From Neoechinorhynchus agilis (lineage: Eukaryota; Animalia; Acanthocephala): DNA of 14,204 bases. Positions 1 to 9,474 of the stretch are shown here, piece after piece. The stretch lies in the NCBI GenBank assembly GCA_051530055.1, contig JBMGUZ010000070.1, positions 1-14,204 on the forward strand. Direction: 5' to 3'. The notes under the pieces were generated by a model. That model was given only the letters and a program-made list of their open reading frames with translations, did no database searches and was not told where the DNA came from. The number at the start of each line of letters is the position of its first letter. Within the stretch, counting starts at the first letter, position 1. A program made the position numbers and the translations under genes.

Positions 1-650
1 CATAACCCGGTACCTCCTCACGTGCGAAACTTGCCGCTTCTTAGAATCGGCTTAATTTGCTTAAATAAGGACTACCGAGAAGAATAACATGCGGTTGAGA
101 AATCAGTCGACAATCCATCAACTGATCAGTTTGTTAGTTATTAAATGACGCTCAAACTAGCAAACTGGTGATGAATATGGCCAAGAATCAGCCGAAACCT
201 CACTAAATTCTTTACCTGGAAAAGACTTCTAAACAACACAATTCTAATCACATAACCGGTACCTCCTCACGTGCGAAACTTGCCGCTTCTTAGAATCGCT
301 TAATTTGCAAATAAGGACTACCGAGAAGAATAACATGCGGTTGAGAAATCAGTCGACAATCCATCAACTGATCAGTTTGTTAGTTATTAAAAGACGCTCA
401 AACTAACCAACTGATGATGATGAACCCTTGTTACGAGAATCGTAGAACCTCTTTAATTCTTTACCGGGAAAAGACTTCTAAACAACACAATTCTAATCGC
501 ATAACCCGGTACCTCCTCACGTGCGAAACTTGCCGCTTCTTAGAATCGGCTTAATTTGCTTAAATAAGGACTACCGAGAAGAATAACATGCGGTTGAGAA
601 ATCAGTCGACAATCCATCAACTGATCAGTTTGTTAGTTATTAAAAGACGC
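1..650. repeat. Tandem array A, ~250-bp unit, 2.6 copies visible (probably continues left of the window)
   Basis: Unit start cataacc(c)ggtacctcctcacgtgcgaaac recurs at 1, 251 and 500. The third copy stops abruptly after taaaagacgc at 650. The first ~150 bp of the units are near-identical; the rest of units 1 and 2 is more diverged. Confidence 0.95.
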
Positions 651-736
651 CGCACAAAGTCGTCAGTTATTTGCAAGGAACTATTTGAAATCGTGATTTT
701 AGCATGGTTGAATTGTTGCAATTCGGAACTAAAGTC

Positions 737-957
737 TTAAATGGCGTAAAGCGCAACGAGTATTCTCCTGAATTCCCGATTGTGATGAGTTGAGTAATAA
801 AAACCCCGACGGTTTGGGTCGCTGGAATAGAAAGCAGGACTAAGGATTGTTGGCATAAAAATAGCACGCGAAAAATTTTACGTATAAGTGCGCAGAACAC
901 ATTTGTCACCACACTCCAGAACAGCATCAAATGTCACGAAGCGGAAATTATTACGGA
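737..957 (-). CDS. Possible last two exons of an unknown minus-strand gene (957-882, 42-nt intron 881-840, 839-737)
   Basis: On the minus strand: acceptor aacttcag, donor gtaaaa, acceptor ccttag. Splicing removes an in-frame TAA and gives RNNFRFVTFDAVLECGDKCVLRTYTPAFYSSDPNRRGFYYSTHHNREFRRILVALYAI*. No family recognised. The listed ORF 667..930 is an alternative frame. Confidence 0.2.
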
Positions 958-988
958 CTGAAGTTTTTTTAACTATAGGTAAGGCCGC

Positions 989-2974
989 TTCTTCAGCAGT
1001 CAAAATTTCCCCCGTTTGTTCAACGAATAATGGAAGTTTTCAATAGCTTTCTTGTCCGAAATGAGAGAATTTGTTGTCGTTGTCTTTTTAAAATCGGGAA
1101 AAATATAACCAGTGAACTCTTCCCTGTTTTTATCTTATTGAGTAAAATTTTTAACAAAATTGAGCGTTTTTCCGGGTGAACTCGCTTTTCGGTTACATTT
1201 CTAATGCGTCGTGGCTAAAGTTCTTCAGCTGTCAAATTTCATCGCTTTATTCAATGAATAGTGGAAGTTTTCAATAGCTTTCTGTGTGGTTTGTTGTGTT
1301 TTTTTGGGTTTGTTTTGTTTTTTTTTGTTTTTTTGGTTTGTTGTTTTGGTTTTTTTGGTTGGTGTTTTGTTTTTTGTTTTTGTGGTTTTGTTTGGTCCGA
1401 AATGAGAGAATTTGTTGTCGCTGTCTTTTATCGGGAAAAATATTTCCATTGAACTCTTCCTTGTTTTTTTCTTATTGAGTAAAATTTTTAACAAAATTGA
1501 GCGTTTTTTCCGGGTGAATTCGCTTTTCGGTTACATTTCTAATGCGTCGTGGCTAAAGTTCTTCAGCTGTCAAAATTTCCCTGTTTTATTCAATGAATAA
1601 TGGAAGTTTTCAATAGCTTTCTGGTCCGAAATGAGAGAATTTGTTGTCGTTGTCCTTTTAAAATCGGGACAAATATAACCAGTGAACTCTTCCTTGTTTT
1701 TATCTTCTTAAGTAAAATTTTTAACAAAATTTAGCGTTTTTCCGGGTGAATTCGCTTTTCGGTTCCATCTCTCATGCGTCGTGGCTAAAGTTCTTCAGCT
1801 GTCAAATTTCATCGCTTTATTCCACGAATAATGGAAGTTTTCAATAGCTTTCTTGTCCGAAATGAGAGAATTTGTTGTCGTTGTCCTTTTAAAATCGGGA
1901 CAAATATAACCAGTGAACTCTTCCTTGTTTTTATCTTCTTAAGTAAAATTTTGAACAAAATTGAGCGTTTTTCCGTGTGAATTCGCTTTTCGGTTACATT
2001 TCTAATGCGTCGTGGCTAAAGTTCTTCAGCTGTCAAAATTTCCCTCTTTTATTCAATGAATAATGGAAGTTTTCAATAGCTTTCTGGTCCGAAATGAGAG
2101 AATTTGTTGTCGTTGTCCTTTTAAAATCGGGAAAAATATAACCAGTGAACTCTTCCTTTTTTATCTTCTTAAGTAAAATTTTGAACAAAATAGCGTTTTT
2201 CCGGTTGAATTCGCTTTTCAGTCATTTCTAATGCGTCGTGGCTAAAGTTCTTCAGCTGTCAAAATTTCCCTGTTTTATTCAATGAATAATGGAAGTTTTC
2301 AATAGCTTTCTGGTCCGAAATGAGAGAATTTGTTGTCGCTGTCTTTTTAAAATCGGGAAAAATATTTCCATTGAACTCTTCCCTGTTTTCTTCTTATTGA
2401 GTAAAATTTTTAACAAAATTGAGCGTTTTTCCGGGTGAATTCGCTTTTCGGTTACATTTCTAATGCGTCGTGGCTAAAGTTCTTCGGCTGTCAATTTCCT
2501 CTTTATTCAATGAATATGGAAGTTTTCAATAGCTTTCTGGTCCGAAATGAGAGAATTTGTTGTCGTTGTCCTTTTAAAATCGGGACAAATATAACCAGTG
2601 AACTCTTCCTTGTTTTTATCTTCTTAAGTAAAATTTTGAACAAAATTGAGCGTTTTTCCGTTTGAATTCGCTTTTCAGTTCATCTCTCATGCGTCGTTGC
2701 TAAAGTTCTTCAGCTGTCAAAATTTCCCTCTTTTATTCAATGAATAATGGAAGTTTTCAGTAGCTTTCTAGTCCGAAATGAGAGAATTTGTTGTCGTTAT
2801 CCTTTTATAATCGGGACAAATCTAACCAGTGAACTCTTCCCTGTTTTTATCTTCTTAAGTAAAATTTTGAACAAAATTGAGCGTTTTTTCCTTTCGAATT
2901 CGCTTTTCCACTTTTTTTCGCTTCGCCACTTTTCGCCTCTATCTCTCATGCGTCGTCTCTAAGGTTCGTCAGCT
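989..2974. repeat. Tandem array B, ~226-232-bp unit, 8 copies
   Basis: Marker ttcttcagc occurs at 989, 1221, 1559, 1791, 2022, 2248 (2480 as ttcttcggc) and 2706, with degenerate ttcgtcagct at 2965. Unit 2 is lengthened by a G/T-only insert and the last unit by a short slippage duplication at ~2908-2940. Confidence 0.97.
1285..1394. other. ~110-nt G/T-only low-complexity insertion within array B unit 2
   Basis: 1283-1396 contains only G and T and splits the otherwise conserved word gctttctg|gtccgaaatg. Confidence 0.9.
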
Positions 2975-3166
2975 TGTGCAAGTTCGAACGTGCTGCAATC
3001 TTGGTGGAACCGAGTGCACTCATTACTCGACAAACGGAAAAGCCGTCATACGTTGAAAATATCTGAACTTTCATATTAGATAGGAAATCATAGACTCTCA
3101 CAGATTCGTAGTGTTTTATAGCCGTAAGTGGATACCGCAAGCGGGTGCAATAGATGGACCATTTGC

Positions 3167-4004
3167 ATGATGAGTACTCAACTCGATCAGCAGAACGTAG
3201 ATAATTGCAGTTTCGCAAAATCTTATCATAGGGCGTGGAGATCCAATACGACCATTTCGTCGCCTAAATCGAGGGATAAACCCGGTACAGTTAAGCGGAG
3301 TGGTACAAGCGGAAACATTTTAAAGTTATATGACCAAAACAAAAATGTTAAGGTAGCTGAAGGAAAAGGTTTTCTGGAACTAAGTAACACTTTAGCTGGA
3401 CACATTGCGAAGACGTATGGAATATTCTCAAAAAGTTGATCTCAAGAATAGAGTGATGCTTAAGAGTCAGAAGCCACTTCCCCAAAAGCCCCACATTATT
3501 TTCAATAATTGTCAATGTTCGGAGTTACCTGTGCAAGAACCTGAGCTGACGCTCGATTCACTGTCAATAAGGCAATCAGGTGATAAAGCAAGTTCTAATC
3601 ACGCCGAAACGGACTGCTGTAAATTATTAATTGGCACTAAGATGACTGGTGATTCAACGGCTATTTGTTTTTCGAACACTGATGGGCTTCCCCCGCGCTT
3701 GCCAAGAAGACGAGCTCATAGTTCTTTACGTTCGGCATATCCTAAACCGGACATTGGATTTCAAAGTCGGACCTACGTGAGACGCACTAAAGCAATAGCA
3801 CTTCGGTCGAGTACCCGTTTGCCGATTGTTGCTATTGATGGACAGAGTGGACGGAGCACTCCCACTCGACTGCCGGAAACAATGGCAACGGACAAATTAA
3901 CGATCGACGGTAAAATACGGCACTTGATCGAGCTACATCAAGAGAATTATAAGATACTAGAAAGAAGGTTTAAGTCTTGTCCGAAGAACTCGGTCATAAC
4001 TTAA
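3167..4004 (+). CDS. Putative orphan protein, ~264 aa, two exons (3167-3352, 3396-4004)
   Basis: ORF 3128..3439 and ORF 3405..4004 join in frame across a 43-nt GT-AG intron (aag|gtagct...ctaag...ctttag|ctg), reading ...LYDQNKNVK|LDTLRRRMEYSQK.... AATAAA and a GT-rich tract follow the stop. The donor is weak and no domain is recognised. Confidence 0.4.
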
Positions 4005-4030
4005 ATAAATGTGTGTGTGTGCATTGTGTT
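4004..4030 (+). promoter_or_regulatory. Candidate polyadenylation signal (AATAAA at 4004-4009) with downstream GT-rich tract
   Basis: TAA stop at 4002-4004 runs directly into aataaa, then gtgtgtgtgtgcattgtgtt. AATAAA is common by chance in AT-rich DNA. Confidence 0.35.
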
Positions 4031-4871
4031 AAAGTATAAAATTCTTTTCCTTGTAAACAACCTGAGATCGCGTAGGACACATGAGAACGTCTTATATTGT
4101 CGGATAGAGGAAGAAGAGCTGTTAGCGTTGGTTCCGTGTCAAGTGTCGTTCCTTTAAGCAATGAGATCTGAGAATTCTGAAGGTTTTTATGCGCAGAAGT
4201 GCTACTGCTTCCGGTTTTCAAGTGGTAGAAGACCACAAACACAAATTTCCGTCGATTGTTCCTCAGTTGCAAATTGAAAGATCCTTTTTTCCTCTGATAA
4301 TGCTCACTCCACTATGAAGAACACCATCTGCTCGAGACGCCTTTTACGAGTCTTTAAAGTCGAGACGATAGATCTTTACGTAATGGCATTTATTGAACAT
4401 CCTACCAGACTGATTTGTCTGTGCCAGTCCCATTTATTTTCGGTGCCGACATTTGTTGATGGAACGAAAGAGAGCAGGTTAACACCATTTATATTAAAAC
4501 ATTTACTACGAATCAGGACGTTCAATAGGTTCAACCGGCCAGATCGTTCTCGATAACAGAAGATCTTGGTTTTGTGTATACCTAAAAGGAACGTGATTGT
4601 TTTGTAGCTTCTTCGTTCGCGCGCACATCGAATATTCGTTAAGAGTTTTGTGTGTGTGGGGGGGGAGGAGGAAATGTGATCCGTCCCACACGAACGCATC
4701 ATGCTTTTCTGTCACTTCGCTGTTCCAGGCCTGAATGCGGATCTTTAAACATCGCATCTTGTCATTTATCGAGAATCTTAAAGATATCTTCTTCTTCACC
4801 TGTCGATCCAGATCGAAGTGTATTTCCTAAATCAGGATGGAACCAACTCGAATTCTGATCATCTTCACGAC

Positions 4872-5017
4872 GTAAGTGGTGCCGACTCACAACCTCTATC
4901 AGGCGGCGGCGGGGGGGGAAGGGAGACGAGGAAGCTCACTTATGCACACTACCGCATTCTGTCACATTCACGAACTTATACTTTCCTTATTGAAGAGTCA
5001 CTTCTTTATCTCCTTAG
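4872..5017 (+). other. Candidate intron upstream of the second ORF cluster (5'UTR intron)
   Basis: Consensus donor GTAAGT at 4872. Pyrimidine tract cttctttatctccttag ends at 5017. An ATG in a Kozak-like context follows at 5049. Confidence 0.35.
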
Positions 5018-5048
5018 ACATTGACACTTCTTGGCCGTCGCCGCCACA

Positions 5049-5902
5049 ATGCACAAATCCAGTTTTATTAGACTACTTGGACAAAAACGAAGCAGTGAAA
5101 GCGCTCAAAGAGAATCAACCGATTATATACAAACAAGCCAAACATTGGCTACCGTTACACAGCTTCCTGTAATATTTATTGCATGCAAGGTCATCAATTT
5201 GACCGAGGCAACAACAACAACAACAACGAAGGGAAACACATTCCCTTCAACGCAATCAACGGTAGCCAAATCGTTTAAAAAACCTTCCTTTGTCGAAGAT
5301 AGGAAATTATCAGTGGTCGATGTTAGACTCAACGCTTCACATAGAAGTGATCCTTGCGTGGAGATCTTAGTTCCAAAACGGTTTAGAAGGTCTATTACTC
5401 CAGAAATCGCAGCGAAATCAACAAGACCGGATATCGTCCACAATCTAGTGGAAGAATGAACGGTTATCGGTGCTCACATTTTCATGTTTCATTCTTTAAA
5501 TCCCTTAATCATTCATCTATACCCATATCTCGAAGCCGCGCATCAAAGCTTCCTCCATCCTTGCTAACGGCTTCGACATCCAATATGCCGAGAGATAAAA
5601 TCTTAAAACGAGTCCGTTGTGGTACTCCTGTCGTCAAATGCAAGACAAGCGTGACTTCACCCGATCTCTTATCGGATCCAAGAAATGTAGCGTATTCTCG
5701 ACAATCAGCAGCACCAGCAGCAGCAGTGTCGAGTCTAACGACGACCACAAAACCCATTGACTATAGTGCATTCGACTATAAGACGACCACATCAATGAAT
5801 CCGTCCAGTCTCAAGTCGATTTTAGTGCGACCAGAGTGCAAACAGTTTTCTTGCAAGCCAAAAAAAACTGTGACATTTCGACGGGATGATATTAAATACT
5901 AA
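5049..5902 (+). CDS. Putative Ser/Thr/Lys-rich, probably disordered orphan protein; either one spliced gene (e.g. 5049-5380 + 5536-5902, 232 aa) or two ORFs; C-terminal RVxF-like motif
   Basis: ATG at 5049 in gccgccacaATG context, open to TGA 5457-5459. The second ORF 5456..5902 ends ...SLKSILVRPECKQFSCKPKKTVTFRRDDIKY*. The T-rich stretch 5470-5535 looks intronic. The proposed acceptor (tctcgaag) is weak. Confidence 0.4.
5209..5226 (+). repeat. (CAA)6 microsatellite encoding a poly-Thr run in the 5049 frame
   Basis: caacaacaacaacaacaa, translated within EATTTTTTKG. Confidence 0.85.
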
Positions 5903-5992
5903 CGGTAACTGTCATCAGTCTTTTCCGATGAACCTGCACATGATCGAGTATTTGACGTCTTATAAAATGCTAGCGTGTCCAATGTTGTCAAT

Positions 5993-5998
5993 AATAAA
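5993..5998 (+). promoter_or_regulatory. Candidate polyadenylation signal for the 5049-5902 gene
   Basis: AATAAA ~90 nt after the TAA at 5902, followed by T-rich sequence. Confidence 0.3.
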
Positions 5999-6083
5999 CT
6001 TTGTTCCCTTTTGAATTTTAACAATATTAACTCGATCAAGCCATAAATCGATAAGATCGCAAAACAATTAAATAGAACGCACA

Positions 6084-9000
6084 ATCAACAGCTTTCTTCA
6101 ATCGAATTTACTGGTGGACTCTCTATCCACATTTGCTCCTTATGCACGAAAAGGAATTAAAAATCCAAGAAAAGACTTCAGAAAATTCTAGAAAGATTTG
6201 TTGTCGACAATTCTAAAGATACAACGATACTTGAAGTCTTTGTACATTTTATCAATCGCTTCTTCTAATAAAATTCATCTATGGACTTTGTATCCTGATT
6301 TGTTCGTTACTCAAGAAAAACATTTAAAAACTCAAATATATTCTGAAAAAGACTTCAGAAAATTCTAGAAAGATTTGTTGTCGACAATTCTTAAGATACA
6401 ACGAGACTTGAAGTCTTTGTACATTTTATCAATCGCTTTTTCTAATAAAATTCATCTCTGGACTTTGTATCCTGATCTGCTCGTTACTCAAGATAAAGAA
6501 ACCAAAAATCGTCAGTCTGAAAAAGACCTAAGAATATTTTAGAAAGATTCGTTGTCGACAATTCTTAAGATACAACGAGACTTGAAGTCTTTGTACATTT
6601 TATCAATCGCTTTTTCTAATAAAATTCATCTCTGGACTTTGTATCCTGATCTGCTCGTTACTCAAGATAAAGAAACCAAAAATCGTCAGTCTGAAAAAGA
6701 CCTAAGAATATTTTAGAAAGATTCGTTGTCGACAATTCTTAAGATACAACGAGACTTGAAGTCTTTGTACATTTTATCAATCGCTTTTTCTAATAAAATT
6801 CATCTCTGGACTTTGTATCCTGATCTGCTCGTTACTCAAGATAAAGAAACCAAAAATCGTCAGTCTGAAAAAGACCTAAGAATATTTTAGAAAGATTCGT
6901 TGTCGACAATTCTTAAGATACAACGAGACTTGAAGTCTTTGTACATTTTATCAATCGCTTTTTCTAATAAAATTCATCTCTGGACTTTGTATCCTGATCT
7001 GCTCGTTACTCAAGATAAAGAAACAAAAATTAGTCTGAAAAAGACCTAGAATATTTTAGAAATATTTGTTGTCGACAATTCTTAAGATACAACGAAACTT
7101 GAAGTCTTTGTACATTTTATCAATCGCTTTTTCTAATAAAATTCATCTATGGTCTTTGTATGCTAATTTGTTCGTTACCCAAGAAATAGAAACAAAAATC
7201 TCAGTCTGAAAAAGACTTCAGAAAATTCTAGAAAGATTTATTGTCGACAATTCTTAAGATACAACGAGACTTGAAGTCTTTGTACATTTTATCAATCGCT
7301 TTTTCTAATAAAATTCATCTATGGACTTTGTATCCTGATTTGTTCGTTACTCAAGAAAAACATTTAAACACTCAAATATATTCTGAAAAAGACTTCAGAA
7401 AATTTAGAAAGATTTGTTGTCGACAATTCTTAAGATACAACGAGACTTGAAGTCTTTGAACATTTTATCAATCGCTTTTTCTAATAAAATTTATCTATGG
7501 ACTTTGTATCCTGATTTGTTCGTTACTCAAGAAAAACATTTAAACACTCAAATATATTCTGAAAAAGACTTCAGAAAATTCTAGAAAGATTTATTGTCGA
7601 CAATTCTTAAGATACAGCGAGACTTGAAGTCTTTGAACATTTTATCAATCGCTTTTTCTATTAAAATTTATCTATGGACGTTGTATCCTGATTTGTTCGT
7701 TACTCAAGAAAAACATTTAAACACTCAAATATATTCTGAAAAAGACTTCAGAAAATTCTAGAAAGATTTATTGTCGACAATTCTTAAGATACAGCGAGAC
7801 TTGAAGTCTTTGAACATTTTATCAATCGCTTTTTCTATTAAAATTTATCTATGGACGTTGTATCCTGATTTGTTCGTTACTCAAGAAAAACATTTAAACA
7901 CTCAAATATATTCTGAAAAAGACTTCAGAAAATTCTAGAAAGATTTATTGTCGACAATTCTTAAGATACAGCGAGACTTGAAGTCTTTGAACATTTTATC
8001 AATCGCTTCTTCTAATAAAATTCATCTATGGACTATGTATCCTAATTTGTTCGTTACTCAAGAAAAACATTTAAAAACTAAAATATTCCGAAAACTCTAC
8101 AAATATTTGTTGTCGACAATTCTTAAGATACAACGAAACTTGAAGTCTTTGTACATTTTATCAATCGCTTTTTCTAATAAAATTCATCTATGGTCTTTGT
8201 ATGCTAATTTGTTCGTTACCCAAGAAATAGAAACAAAAATCCTCAGTCCGAAAAAGACTTCAGAAAATTCTAGAAAGATTTATTGTCCACAATTCTTAAG
8301 ATACAACGAGACTTGAAGTCTTTGTACATTTTATCAATCGCTTCTTCTAATCAAAATTCATCTATGGACTTTGTATCCTGATTTGTTCGTTACTCAAGAA
8401 AAAGAAACAAAAATCCTCAGTCTGAAAAAGACCTCAGAATATTTTAGAAATATTTGTTGTCGACAATTCTTAAGATACAACGAGACTTGAAGTCTTTGTA
8501 CATTTTGACAATCGCTTTTTGTAATAAAATTCATCTATGGACTTTGTATCCTAATTTGTTCGTTACCCAAGAAATAGAAACAAAAATCCTCGGTCTGAAA
8601 AAGACTTCAGAATATTTTAGAAATATTTGTTGTCGACAATTCTTAAGAACAACGAGACTTGAAGTCTTTGTACATTTTGACAATCGCTTTTTGTAATAAA
8701 ATTCATCTATGGACTTTGTATCCTAATTTGTTCGTTACCCAAGAAATAGAAACAAAAATCCTCGGTCTGAAAAAGACTTCAGAATATTTTAGAAATATTT
8801 GTTGTCGACAATTCTTAAGATACAACGAGACTTGAAGTCTTTGTACATTTTATCAATCGCTTTTTCTAATAAAATTCATCTATGGACTTTGTATCCTGAT
8901 TTGTTCGTTACTCAAGGAAAACATTTAAAAACTCTTATATTCTGAAGAAAAGTTCAGAAAATTCAAGAAATATTTATCGTCGACAATTCTCAAGATACAA

Positions 9001-9474
9001 CGAGACTTGAAGTCTTTGTACATTTTATCAATCGCTTCTTCTAATCAAAATTCATCTATGGACTTTGTATCCTGATTTGTTCGTTACTCAAGAAAAAGAA
9101 ACAAAAATCCTCAGTCTGAAAAAGACCTCAGAATATTTTAGAAATGTTTGTTGTCGACAATTCTTAAGATACAACAAGACTTGAAGTCTGTGTACATTTT
9201 CTAAATCGCTTTTTCTAATAAAATTCATCTATGGACTTTGTATCCTGATTTGTTCGTTACTAGAGAAAAACATTAAAAAACTATAATATATATTGAAAAA
9301 GACTTCAGAAAATTCTAGAAAGATTCGTTGTCGACAATTCTTAAGATACAACGAGACTTGAAGTCTGTACATTTTATCAATCGCTTTTTCTATTAAAATT
9401 TATCTATGGACGTTGTATCCTTATTTGTTCGTTACTCAAAAGAGAGATTTAAAAACTCTTATAGTCTGAAAAAA
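6084..9474. repeat. Tandem array C (satellite-like), 19 monomers of mostly 172-177 bp, with two subtypes and degenerate edges
   Basis: Marker gtcgac occurs at 6203, 6380, 6554, 6728, 6902, 7071, 7243, 7419, 7596, 7773, 7950, 8112, 8285 (gtccac), 8459, 8632, 8804, 8979, 9153 and 9330. Subtype A carries aagaaaaacatttaaacactcaaatatattctg (177 bp). Subtype B carries aaga(t/a)a(a/t)agaaac...aaaaatc(c/g)tcagtctg (173-174 bp). Confidence 0.98.

Noticed and set aside
1-522. Shine-Dalgarno-like AGGAGG upstream of ATG on the minus strand of array A
   Set aside because: The following ORF is only 13 codons and the context is not prokaryotic.
1225-1600. ORFs 1225..1494, 1261..1452, 1284..1478 and 1412..1600
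   Set aside because: Products of the G/T-only insertion and satellite sequence (F/V/L/C/W or K/T/N/Q low complexity).
2435-2962. ORFs 2435..2665 and 2747..2962
   Set aside because: They lie within array B monomers whose frames are broken by indels in sibling copies.
3994-5024. Short overlapping ORFs in 3994-5024 (both strands)
   Set aside because: No consistent frame, splice model or recognisable motif. One could be a real exon, but I cannot support any.
5123-5757. Minus-strand ORFs 5123..5443 and 5509..5757
   Set aside because: Antisense shadows of the + strand ORFs, which have the better start context and polyA signal.
7241-8696. ORFs 7241..7450, 7948..8316 and 8454..8696 as genes, or array C as a repeat protein under stop-codon reassignment
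   Set aside because: They are satellite translations. Recurrent 173-bp monomers shift the frame, and nothing else in the window indicates a variant genetic code.
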